A model generated the notes under the pieces. That model did not search any database. It was not told the origin of the DNA and was given only the letters and a program-made list of their open reading frames with translations. Both the position numbers and the translations under genes were made by a program. A stretch of DNA of 35,159 bases from Pseudogymnoascus verrucosus (Eukaryota): NCBI GenBank assembly GCA_001662655.1, contig KV460247.1. One strand, written 5' to 3'. Shown piece by piece: positions 23,637-34,926 of this stretch; the stretch's first letter is position 1, and each line of letters starts with the position of its first letter.

Positions 23637-24766
23637 TCTCGCTTATGGATATAGAATTCCGGGGTAGCTGGCTCATGACGGAGGCACTGAGTGCTGCTGG
23701 AGGAGTTGACGAATCTCCTGTATCAGGATCTCTTAGAACCATGCGGAGTGATCCCGAGGGCCAAGGACAAGTCGACGGGGATAGCAAAATCAAAATGACT
23801 GACTAGTATAAGAGGAACAGAGGTTGGGGCTGTAGCACTGACTAGCTCAACTTAGCAAGATTGACAACGGAGGTGATCGCCCCTGCCTCATATCTCCGCA
23901 TGGGTTCTCTCTATCATGCGTCCAGGACCATTCCAGTGGGATACCCCTGGATTAGCTGGACCTTCCACGACTCAGGTAAGAGCGGTTCTACAGGTTAATC
24001 GCGCCCATCATATTCCCCATCTAGTGGACCGGATTGATAGCTTGGTGATGATGATATGAGAATCTATTTACACCCTACCCTGCATTGTTCCATTTTCATC
24101 GCTTATCTCCTAGACAGTTTCGCGCCGAACTCCTCTCGAAGAATGGTCGGATGCGTCGTGGAATAACAGTGTATCGTGAACCCGAGCTTGTCTGGCGACG
24201 GAGCTTCAACGAGTTTGTTGTGGCACAGGGCCACGGGCCATGCGATGCGACCCACCAGGTCACGGGGTCAGGCCTCGTGTCCTGACCCACAATGGCCATA
24301 AGCACCGCGAAGTAGATAGCTAGAAGAACAAGACTTGCATACATCACAATCTGACCTTCGTCATCATGAGTATACGCTGAGCCTGTAACCCTTTGAACCC
24401 TAAGCTCTAGCCTTCGTTCTTACCTTCTCCCGTACCCTGACCCCAAGATCCGGCCGGACGCCAGTCCGTGACAGGGTTGCTGTACATAGCTATCGAAATG
24501 GTACCTTTTATTTCATCCTTTAGTTCTCCACTACACGCCACACTGTTCCTGAAATTGACATTGGATAACCATATCCCCATTGGATAACTATATCCTTTTT
24601 GAAACTATGAAACCGGTCTTCGCGTTCCGATGGATGAGGCGCTACGGGGTCGTGGACTTTGCGCTCCAACTGCGTCGAAACCCAAGAGTGGGTTAGGCCA
24701 CCCCGCCCTGCAAGGCGCAAAGGCATCATAGGGCACCATGCACTTGCCCGAGGCGTTGTCTTAGTA

Positions 24767-24856
24767 GATGCGGGGAACATGAGGCCCCTTGGTTCCTAAA
24801 CTCCCCTCACCTTATCCTCCCGACACGCTTGCTGAACCACAGAACTAATGTGGAGA
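24767..24856. promoter_or_regulatory. SYGGRG-containing 12-mers upstream of the SDR, identical to those at 23587-23628
   Basis: GATGCGGGGAAC (24767-24778 = 23587-23598) and CTAATGTGGAGA (24845-24856 = 23617-23628). Confidence 0.5.
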
Positions 24857-25030
24857 GTAGGCCTTAGAGTAACTCTAACTCTAACCCCAACCCACCTCTC
24901 ATTTTCAGCATTTTGCAGCATGATTCTATTTAAGCTGCGATTTTCCACTTCTATGAGACTTTGCTGTCTCTATACAAACTTCTAAATTCTACTTTGAGGC
25001 TTAGCATTCACCCCAGTAGGCCTAAGCATC

Positions 25031-26010
25031 ATGTCAACCCCATTCTCTGTGGCCGGCAAGACAGCCATCATTACAGGCGCCGGATCAGGTACGGATTCTC
25101 CTTCCAGCGGATCCTCGTACAACCACCAACTGACACGAACATAGGCATCAACTTCGCCTTTGCGCGTCTCCTCCTCTCCAAGAACTGCAACGTCGTCATT
25201 GCTGATCTCGCGCTCCACCCCGAAGCCGAAAAGCACTATGCTTCCTCCGTAGCCTCCCCACGCGCTGTCTTCTGCAAGACCGACGTCACGTCGTGGGCTG
25301 CTCTAGAAAATGTGTTCGCCGTTGCTATCGCAGAGTTTGGCCAGTTTGATATCCTCTGTGCCGGTGCTGGGATCTTCGAACCACCCTACAGCAACTTCTG
25401 GTACCCTCCAGGAACGCCCAAGAGCAAAGACGCACGCCATGGCGACCGCTACCTTACAATGGACGTTAACACAACCCATCCTATCCGCTCAACGCAGCTT
25501 GCTATCTCACACTTCCTGAACCCGCCAGCCGGCAAAGAGAGCGTCAGCACTACGAACCCAAAACGGGTCGTCATTTGTGGCTCTATAGCTGGTCAAGTTT
25601 CCGCGCTGTCCTACCCGCTTTATTTCGCCAGCAAGCATGCCATTTCTGGATTTGTGCGGTCCCTTGGTAGTCTTGAAGAGACTGGGATCCGCGTCGCAGC
25701 TGTTGCACCCGGGCTCGTACTGACACCCTTGATAACGGACGCACCGGATAAAGCGCGAATGGTGGATTTCAGCACAGACAAATACATCACCCCTGAAGAA
25801 GTTGCTAAAAACCTCCTGCGGCTTTGTGAGGATGAAGAGATTGGAGGAGGTACGATCCTGGAAATTGCGGCGGGTGGGAAGACAAGGAAGGTGGAGCCCC
25901 TCAATGATCCGGGGCCACAGGGAGAGGGTCACACAACCAGTCATGGGGGCGTGGTTGTGGACGAGGTATGGGAATTGCTGGGTAAAAACAGATGGGGTGT
26001 TCTAAACTGA
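25031..26010 (+). CDS. Short-chain dehydrogenase/reductase (15-hydroxyprostaglandin-dehydrogenase-like subgroup)
   Basis: MSTPFSVAGKTAIITGAGSG|INFAFA with intron 25089-25144. GAGIFEPPYSNFW, catalytic S (GSIAG) and YFASK, VAPGLVLTP. Confidence 0.93.
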
Positions 26011-26479
26011 TTAGGTGAAGAGGAAGGAGTTAGCTTCGAGGCTGTTGCTTGTTTCTGCGTCATATCTGGAGAACTTGCTCCTTCCCGCCTAGAAATCTCA
26101 ACTGTTGCGCTTCCAGAGTGATTGTTCTCTGTTGGCCGTTGTAAGGTGCTACCTATAAACTACGGCGCACCATTAATGTCGGCTGTGACGAACGCTCTCT
26201 ATGGTCTACCTCCGCACTGCGCGAAGGAGGGCTGCAACTAGAAGGTGAGGAGCAAGGTTGTAGAGGGGGAAGACGATCTTGTCCAGCTTGTCGTCGTCGA
26301 GGGGGGAGCATGCCTGCATCTCTCGAGGCGTGTGCAAGCACTCCTCCTCCTCTAAGAAGAGCTGGCTGGACCGGGTCGTCTCCCGTCACCTGAATGTGAC
26401 AAAGAAAACGGCCCCCCCGAGACATCGCCGATTGCCTCCGCGTCTCGATGCTTACCCTGATCGACTCTATCAAGATCCA

Positions 26480-27060
26480 CGAAACCGCATCAAAATCGTC
26501 ATTGCCGACGGTCTCGTCTCTATCACTCTCTTTATCGGCCGCATCGTCGGCCGCATAGCAGTCTGCATCGACGACAGTTGGCGTTGGTTGTCCTAGACTG
26601 CCGCAATATGTGACACACCCTAATCAAGGAGCTGGAACAGAACTAACACCAAATAGTGGATGGCCAAACCTTCACCGCCTTGTACTTCATGTATCACCCG
26701 TCCAAGCAACCCCGGGGCGTCACCTGGCGCGCATCTATCCGTGGGGCAGACTACGCCGGCCTTCTCCTCTTCATCGCAATGGACACCTTGATTCTCAGAG
26801 GCATCGTCGTGACCCCCTATCTCTAGCCAAGCTACGTCCGAGTCATCTGAACCCTTGTCATCGACTCCATTTGACTCATCGCCTTTGCGACTTGGGAGAA
26901 TCTGCCTTTTTCTAAATTAAAGATTACGCCGTCAAGGATTTTCAACAAGAATAGAGGAAGAGCGTTTGCTTCCGCTTTTGTCACTTCTTCATGGGCATGA
27001 CTTATTACTTCAACGTCATTTACCCGACTATGAACAATGCCCTTTGGGTATGGATCCTGT
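26480..27060 (+). pseudogene. Decayed TRI12-like MFS transporter fragment
   Basis: Translatable remnants IVIADGLVSITLFIGRIVGRIAV..SWRWL, LYFMYHPSKQPRGVTWRASIRGADYAGLLLF, LIAFATWE, TPSRIFNKNRGRAF, GMTYYFNVIYPTM with several stops and frameshifts. Collinear with the WR..Y..PP..DY.G region of the intact MFS. Confidence 0.72.
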
Positions 27061-27442
27061 CTTCGGCCAACTCCTGTCAAACCTCAGCTAACATCACAGT
27101 CCGTCTGTAAATCAAGCAACTATGCCATCACTCTCTCCCTTCCCCCCAACGTTGGCTATGTCGCTGGCGCTCTCCTTCTTGCCGTCCTTCGGTAGCAGAG
27201 TCCGTCACGACGGCTGGCTGCAGATGTCTTTGTGTTTGACTACAAGCCATGCTTGGCTTCCGTCCCAGAGGGAGACCTTCAAGACTGGATCATTTGCTCA
27301 GAGTCTGGCGTACTCTGCCGGTGGCTCAGCTGCATGGGGACGGGAGAAAGGGAATCTGGGAGGAGCTAGAGATCGCAGAGACGTTAGACGTTGCAATTGA
27401 GCAATTGAGGAGTGGATGGGAATCTGTGGTTCAGTATTACAG

Positions 27443-27806
27443 GACTGGTCCAATTTCTGGAATGACACTGAACACGACCGCTACGCCGAGCTTGACATTA
27501 ATGTCACGCATCCCATCAAATTGACCCGCATTGCCATCCGCGCACTTCTGCGCAAGAACAAAAAAGGCGTTGTTGTGGTTGTAGCTTCAATCGCTGGGTA
27601 AGTTATACTGGGACGTACTCTGCTGCGCTGTATTGTGCGTCCAAGCATGCGGATGTGGGGTTTGTGAGAAGTATGGCAGAGGTGGATCAGTACGAGGGAG
27701 TCAAGGTTGTTGCCGTTACTCCTTAGTGAGTTTTCTTTTCCTAAAAAAAATATGAGATTGAAATGTTGGCTAACCAATGGGAAGTTCTGTCGCCACCCCT
27801 CTCTGG
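27443..27806 (+). pseudogene. SDR fragment (paralog of the 25031-26010 SDR), no Rossmann N-terminus
   Basis: WSNFWNDTEHDRYAELDINVTHPIKLTRIAI..VVVVASIAG / YTGTYSAALYCASKHADVGFVRSM..GVKVVAVTP / SVATPLW. Frame broken near 27598; both ends missing. Confidence 0.85.
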
Positions 27807-28139
27807 CTCTCCTATATTCCTCTTTTTTTTTTTGATATGGTAGAAATTAACCTTAAGACTACGATCGGGCTGAATCGTTAGCCTTATGTTCGGGGGCTGG
27901 TGGCTTTGGCGACATCTGGATCTAGGGTGAAGGGATTGAGACGTGAACCCTGGGGTAAGATGACGGAGGCGGTTCACAGGGAAAGGCGGGATTTTTGCAG
28001 AGGATACAAAATCAGCCGACCCGGGTCTACACATGTTTCCTGAGTATAGCGGAGGCTTTTGACACGGTCTTCTTCAACCCACAACACACCTGCTACTCCG
28101 TTCAAGGTTCATCAACCCACGCCCTATAATCCTCTCGTC

Positions 28140-28995
28140 TCACTGACTAGTATAACCCCCATCAACCACTAGGCCAGCTCCAGTCATATAACTACTCATT
28201 GGACTTGCTAAATATGATATCGCTTGCGCAATCTCCTCAGATTCCGCCAACCGTCCAATCGGAATTTTCTTCAACTCCATAGCCATCAACTCTGAAATAC
28301 CCACCCCCTCCTCCATGAGATTCGTGCGCACATACCCCGGACAGATGGCGTTGATACGAATACCTTTCTCTGCATACACATTTGAATCCCCCCTGACGAC
28401 ACCCATGACGCCGTGTTTGGTCGCGGTATAAGCAGTGGCAGGCGTGCACGCCGGATTACCAATCAATCCCAACATACTCGCAGTATTCACGATGACGCCG
28501 CGGTTGCGTGGGCCAAAGGGTGTAGATGCAAGAGGCTCTTGTTCCAACATCTGGCGGATTTGTTCGCGCTGGCATGTCCAAAGGCCGATGAGGTTGACCT
28601 CGAATACCCGCCGGAAATCTTCCAGGCTGGAGACCTCGTGGCTGTTGGCAAGAGGGCCAGAGGTGCCGGCGTTGTTGACAGAATAGTCAATTCTCTCAAA
28701 GGAAGAGACGATAGCGCGATGGGTAGAGATAATGGAGTCGGTAGAGGTGAGCTCAAGTTTCAAGGGCAGGACTTCGATGCTCGGGTGAGACGTTCGGATC
28801 TCTGCGGCTACTTGTTCTTGCTGCTTGATATTTGTGTCGAGGAGGGCAAGTTTATTGATGCCGTGTCTCGCGAAGGCGAACGCTGTGGCGCGGCCGATGC
28901 CTTGCGTTGTTAGTTGATTGTAGTGAGAACGAAGTGGGAGTGGTTCTACCTGATGCTGCGCCTGTGATGACCGCAACTCCGCTGAGAAGAGACAT
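28140..28995 (-). CDS. Classical short-chain dehydrogenase/reductase
   Basis: MSLLSGVAVITGAAS|GIGRATA with intron 28949-28901. VNNAG, NTASM, YTATKHG, INAICPGYV, VDGGY. Confidence 0.94.
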
Positions 28996-29450
28996 TGTAC
29001 TCCGATGTTACAATTTGAATGACGAGGGAAAGGTAGCTGGGGTCAATCATCTTCTTAGACCTTTCGTAGACCTTCATGCTGAGCACAATCGTCCACGTGG
29101 AGGGTGCATCTATGGCATATCGAATCCATCAGCAAGGAAAACAATACCCAGATGCGGACCCAGGTTAGTCGGTATACAATTTATCCTCCATCACACAGAA
29201 ATAGAAAAGGAAAACCACAGCCGGAGTTCAAACCCTTTTACCACAGAAACTGTCGAATTCGGTCTATTGCACTCAGTAAGGTACTTAAGCATCGTTGCAG
29301 GTGTCTGTGAAATGAGGGGTAACGTAGCGTCTGAAGGCTTGGCCCGACCATAAGCACCATTTATGGCGTCTGCTTCCACCCGCGTTGCCGCTTTCCTCGA
29401 CACTTGGATTTCGACTAAAGAGCAAGTGTGTGGTGTGATACCATGTCACA

Positions 29451-29477
29451 GTGGAGAAGAGGAATGCGGGGGTGGAG
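29451..29477. promoter_or_regulatory. Three SYGGRG sites in the divergent SDR/SDR promoter
   Basis: GTGGAG 29451-29456, GCGGGG 29466-29471, GTGGAG 29472-29477. Confidence 0.45.
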
Positions 29478-29692
29478 AGGACTCCTGTTGGATGGATATC
29501 CAACTCCCAGGTCAGGGTTCGGAGCTGATCCTCCCTGCACTGGCAAAATCGGCATTGCAAGAAGATGCGAGCTAGGGGCTAGACCTGATAGAGAGGCAGT
29601 ACGAGCAAACGGAAGTATACAGTAATGTTTCCTCATCCCAAGGTCAATCTTCGCCGCTCTCCACAGCATCTTCGCATATTCACGTGTTCAAC

Positions 29693-30509
29693 ATGTCTTC
29701 ACAAGATTACTTCCATAACAAAACCATAGCCATCACTGGCGCCGCATCGGGGATGGGTCTCTCCCTCTCCCACCTCCTCGCCTCCCGCGGCTCAAATCTC
29801 TCCCTCTGCGACATCCAACCCGACGCCCTTTCCGCCCTGGCATCCTCTCTCACCCACAAATATCCCTCCATCCAAGTCCTCACTTCAGTAACAGACATAT
29901 CATCTGAATCTCAAGTCGCCACCTGGATATCCTCCACGGTAGAAAACCTTGGCGGTCTGGACGGCGTGGCTAATATGGCTGCGATCATCGGCAACGATGT
30001 TCTCGTCAAGGCTACAGATGGGATAACAACATCAGATTGGAATAACGTCCTAGCTGTGAATCTCACGGGTATGATGAATTGTCTGCGCTCGCAGATGCCG
30101 GTTATGCGGGCTGGAGGTGCCATGGTGGTATGTTCTAGTGTGAGTGGACAGAGGGGATTTGCGAATAATGGGGCATATTGCGCGAGTAAACATGGAGTTA
30201 TTGGACTTGCCAGATGTGCGGCGAGGGAGTTGGGGCCGCGTAATATCAGGTTGAACGTCGTCGCTCCGTGAGTTGTCCCTAGACAAAGGGAACATGGGGG
30301 ATGCTAATTATTGCAGAGGCCCCATTGACACACCGCTTATGAACCAATCTGATTCTTTGAGAGGAGATAATATGAATTGGAACCAGTTGGCTCTTAATCG
30401 TGTAGGGAAGCCCGAAGAGGTGGCTAAAGTGGTGGCATTTTTATTGAGTGATGAGGCGAGCTTTGTTACGGGCGCGGTGGTGAATGTTGATGGCGGGTGG
30501 AATTGTTAG
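29693..30509 (+). CDS. Classical short-chain dehydrogenase/reductase
   Basis: [31 protein letters not shown] (intron about 30268-30317), [13 protein letters not shown]. Confidence 0.94.
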
Positions 30510-30755
30510 GAGCAGAAGAATGAATACGATCGTATGCCGATTCTATGATATTGAATGTCGTGAAGTGAGAATATTTGGACCGAAGGAGGGAAAGGTACCC
30601 CGCTTTTGTTCTTATCCTGCTAGGAAGATGATACCCGACTTCTTCCACTCAGTGGAGACACTCTTCTAAGTTATAGCCTCGTCCTCGTCCACCTCTTCCT
30701 CCTGTCCATCCATCAACTATCACCGTCTTCGTATCTCCTCACCAACACCATTACC

Positions 30756-31453
30756 ATGTCATCCACAACCCTCCCCTTCTCCACATCTCACACCGGTCTC
30801 ACCCCTCCTTCCCCCGCCGACCTCCTCGACATCACTACCCTCCAACCCCACACCTTCGTTTTCCCGCAACTAGCCACCAACCCTAACATACAACCCCGTG
30901 TCCGCCTCCTCATGTTTTTCAAACGTCTGCCGCATATCTCAGAATCAAAGTTCCATACCTGGTGGGAGACGGTCCATGCAGATTTAACGGTGAGCGTGCC
31001 GGGGTTTAGGAAACATGTTCGGAGGTATGCGCAATTGCATGTTACGCCGCATTGGAGGGATGTTGCGGCAGGGCTTGCTGGAGCACCACCTGCAGTTGAA
31101 GGAGATGGGATCGGAAATGGAGATGACGTTATGATGAGACCCCTGGGCTTCGACGCATGTGGAGAAATGGTCGTAGATTCCGTGGAACAGTGGCAGGAAT
31201 TCGCATCCGATCCCGAATTTGCAAATAAATTGCTCCGTGAGCCTCCTTCTACCCTCATCCTAGCTTGAAGGGAGTGAAGTGCTGATAAGAGACAAAAGCT
31301 GATGCGGCAAACTTCATGTTGACGCCCATCTATGTCTTTGCGTCGTATGAAAATCTCATTGTTGGCCCTGCTATGCCAGAGAGTGGTGGTAGGGATGGGT
31401 TGGGCAAGGAGGAGCTGAATGAGAAGTTGGAGAAGAGAGAGGAGAAGATGTAA
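30756..31453 (+). CDS. EthD-domain (dimeric alpha-beta barrel) protein
   Basis: FFKRLPHISESKFHTWWETVHA..RYAQLH..FDACGEMVVDS..EFASDPEF..KLL|P-DAANFM. One intron about 31237-31298; TAA at 31451-31453. Confidence 0.85.
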
Positions 31454-32199
31454 GCATGCTTTACGTGCATAAATAACCGTTCAATTCTCATTCTGTCAAC
31501 GAAAACAAAATCCTTTCCGTAACTACATAAGACAAGAGTCGTAAGGTTATCGCATACAAGTTTGTGGTGCGGCCGCGTTTTGAAATCAGAAAGGAGATGA
31601 CCAAAGCGGTTGCTCCTAGCCTTTTATCTTGTTACTGTCAGTAAGTCTTTCCGGCCTCAAGGAAGTCGTCTTCGCGTTGGTTGATCAACACCTTTGATTT
31701 CCATTCATCTTCTCTCGACTCTAACCCAGCGGGCTGAGGCCCCCAATGCTTCACATAGCTTATGTGGTATTCGCGCTTTGATTCACATGTAAAGTCCCTG
31801 AGACTTACAGACATGTTGTCTTTGAGGCACAGTCGACTTTCGGTGTTTCTCCCTTACCTTAGATCCCATACCACGTTGTTCATCCTCCGAGTCGGGGAGC
31901 AGTAACGTTTCACCTAATGAGAAGCTGGTCTTCGCACTCAGCGTGAGTTCTGGTCAACCTAACCCATACCCCCAGGCCAGGTTTCCGCCAGAAACGCCAC
32001 TAAATAGAGACAACACCACCCGCTACACTCTGAGGTCTGACTCGCTGCAGCAAATCATGCCAGTGATAGTTACATTCGTAAGGACCGCCGCGAAGTCCAT
32101 GGTGCAGGCTAGCAGCTCTGAACACTGTTTCCTCGTCTCCCGCGCGATGACGAGACGGCGTTCAACAGGCCGCAGAGCTGCGAATATAGTAGGAGTTGG

Positions 32200-32456
32200 T
32201 GTCACGGGTACGGCTTCCCCCGGGGGGGGGGGGGGGGGGGGCCCCCCCGAGTCCTGGGGCACCCCCGAGTCCTGGGCGACTCCCGACCAAGGCTCGGGCG
32301 ACATCCGTCTCCGTCGTTGGCGAGTCAGGGGCGCAGTGCTGTATATAGTAAGGGGGGGGGTACACCCTCTCTTCAAGGGGCCAGAGCTTAGTTTGAAGAA
32401 TACAACGGTGATTGCTATCGCCCACCCCAGTGCCCACGGGCCTCGTAGGCGTGACA
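32200..32456 (+). mobile_element. LTR of a Ty3/Gypsy-like retrotransposon (257 bp)
   Basis: Perfect terminal inverted repeat TGTCACG...CGTGACA, TATA-like GTATATAG, AATACA signal before the 3' end. Flanks (GTTGG / CGCCA) do not form a TSD. Confidence 0.7.
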
Positions 32457-32769
32457 CGCCATTCCACGACTAACACCCGAGCGCCACGCCTTTGAGGTTC
32501 AATCACGACTGTATCCACCGAGTCCCCGACAAGTTTACGAGGCACGGCCGAGTCCACCGTTGGCCAGTCGAGGTTCCCTACCCGAGAGACCCTAACAAGC
32601 CCTGGCGAAGCGAGCTAATAACAAGAGAGCCAAAGTGTAACGCTGAGTCCTAAATGTATAGGGTTCACAGTGGTTTCTGGCGTAAGGTTTAACTTATCAG
32701 AGGAGGCAGGGGATCAGACACAAAGGCTTGCAGTAACACGTTACTAAGTGTGGTAAGATACTGTATTTG

Positions 32770-33104
32770 AGTTGAGCACGAAGCTCCTATCTAAGAACTA
32801 ACTAAAATTAATAAAGAAGATAATAATTAGCTTCTATAGCCTATGTACTTAATAGCTAATGCTAAATAAGCTCTTTATATATTAATTAGATTTACTAAAA
32901 GCTAGGAATCGCTTTCTTCTAATTATTTATAGACACTAGAGTAGTTAGAATTAGCAGTTAAGCGCATTTAGTAGGCATTACTAGTTTAGGGGACATTAGA
33001 TACATAGATTATATAATATATTCTATTTTAGTTATAGCAATATACTAATTATAAGGATAGTAAAATAGTAGATAGAATAAATCGTTATAACAGGGGTTTA
33101 ACTG
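32770..33104. other. AT-rich, TpA-rich RIP relic of an unidentified repeat
   Basis: Abrupt fall in GC, excess TA/TAG/CTA, no ORFs. Confidence 0.65.
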
Positions 33105-33106
33105 TA

Positions 33107-33512
33107 TATGTTCCGGCCCAACCACCAACTATTCTGGTTGGCCAACTGGCCGGTCAGTTGGCCAACTGACCGGCCGAACCACCAACTCGAGGTAGCTTCT
33201 TGGTGTAATTTCTATATAAAGTTACTTATTCCAAAGGTACTTACTATACGCACTCATTTCTACATAAATTAGTAGGTTAAAGGCAGCTTTTAGAAGTACC
33301 TTCTACCGCCTAATGAAATATAGTCATAACTATGACTTTTTTACTTCTAAATAGCATAGGGGTAGTTACAATTACAGTATATACGTAGGAATCATAATTA
33401 TTAACTATTGTAGTATTGTATAGAAGAAATTTAGAATAAGTAACTACCTCGAGTTGGTGGTTCGGCCGGCCAGTTGGCCAACCAGAATAGTTGGTGGTTC
33501 GGCCGGAACATA
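33107..33512. mobile_element. MITE-like element (~406 bp) with long TIRs, flanked by TA
   Basis: Left arm TATGTTCCGGCCCAACCACCAACTATTCTGGTTGGCCAACTGGCCGG..CCGAACCACCAACTCGAGGTAG (33107-33195) is the reverse complement of 33444-33512 apart from one mismatch and a 20-bp indel. AT-rich non-coding core. Exact ends are ambiguous within the TA runs. Confidence 0.85.
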
Positions 33513-33653
33513 TATATAAGTTAATAAGAAAGACATTATAGCAAGTGAGGTAAAATCCTCTAGCTCCTCTCTAGGCAAGGAAACAGGGACTTGTTTGTGT
33601 GACACGGATGTCTCCATTAGTAATCTAAAATTATGCTAAACCTTGCAAGGCAC

Positions 33654-34926
33654 CAGTGTTGCCCGAATACCGCTCCGAGTACTACTCGAGCATCCTCGAG
33701 TAGAGTACTGAAAATTAAAGCTCGACTACCAGTATTCGAGTACCAGTACTCGAATACCTCGAGTAGTACTCGAGCTTAAAATAGATATTGATATAAAACT
33801 GTATATTACTATTCTAACTCTTATTATCTGCATCGTCGCTGCTGTCTTCGTCGTCGCCTTGTAATAAAACACCCTAATTCTATAAGCAAAGTAGATATCT
33901 AAGTGTAGAAGGCAATAATCAGTTCTGTTTCTTTATAATAATATCACTACTAACACTAAATACTCGTTCTAAGTCTGCTAAGGTAGCTAGAATAGCTAGG
34001 TAATCCTTTGTAATAGAAGCAATTAATAGATATTAGTATTGCTTACTCTACTAATACTTAAGAATATCTATATCCCTACTAACTGTTAGCTCCTTTATCT
34101 ATTGCTTCTATTCTAGCTTAATATTATAATAGCTTTATAATACGTATAGCTTATCTTCTAAGTTAATATTAATATTTATAGCTTGCTCTATGTCTAGATC
34201 TTTAGCTTTAATACTATTTATAACGTCTACTACTTAAATATTAGACTCGTAGCCTAAATATTAATAGAAGCAGTCCTACTACTATACTTTTGCCCTATTC
34301 TTCTTAGTTAAGTGCGTGCTATCTTTCTATATAATATTAAAGATGTTAAAGTTATACTAAGGGTTATAGATTATAGCAATTATAGAGTGGCTCTATTACT
34401 AATTTATAGCTAGAGTATAATAATCATTAAGCTTCTTTAATACAATTAATGTAGTAGTAGTAATTAGGCTTTATTCTAGTAGCTTACTTCTTATATCTTT
34501 AAGCTTCTTAATTATCCTTATATACTATAGAACAGTGTAGTTAAGAGATAGATAAGAAGAGCCCTATAACTTCTTAGTTAAGTAGACGAAGATATAGAAT
34601 AGCTTTAATAAGTTATATAGCGTAGCCTAGTCTACTACTATTAAAGCAATATCTCTTATACTAATATTAAGTTGCTATAATGTATATAAAGCTATAATTA
34701 GAACTTAAAGCTTTAAAGCTATATTAATTATATAATAAGTTAAGCTCTATTAGACTAGCATATTGAGAGTGAACTAATAGACTTTAATACTTATAGCTTT
34801 ATACTAATTCTTTAAAGCGTCTTTCTATCTATAGTAGTTCTAAAACATATATATATAAGGCTAGAGCTTAGTAAGAACAGTAACGATATTATTTTTAGAA
34901 GTAAGTAGTATTTATACTGCCCTAAT
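33654..34926 (-). mobile_element. Heavily RIP-mutated hAT transposon (3' end plus transposase C-terminal part), interrupted by an LTR
   Basis: Begins CAGTGTTGCCCGAATACCGCTCCGAGTACTACTCG like 9298. The minus strand at about 33812-34020 reads KDYLAILATLADLERVFSVSSDIIIKKQN*LLPSTLRYLLCL*N*G, a RIPed hAT dimerisation motif (DYLAIPATSA.SERVFS..R..L). Confidence 0.88.

Noticed and set aside
24385..24895. Telomere-like TAACCC/CTAACT words
   Set aside because: Too few and too degenerate to call an interstitial telomeric repeat.
31943..32557. ORFs of 131-176 aa with poly-Gly/poly-Pro
   Set aside because: By-products of the GC-rich LTR and its G20 tract; no recognisable protein.
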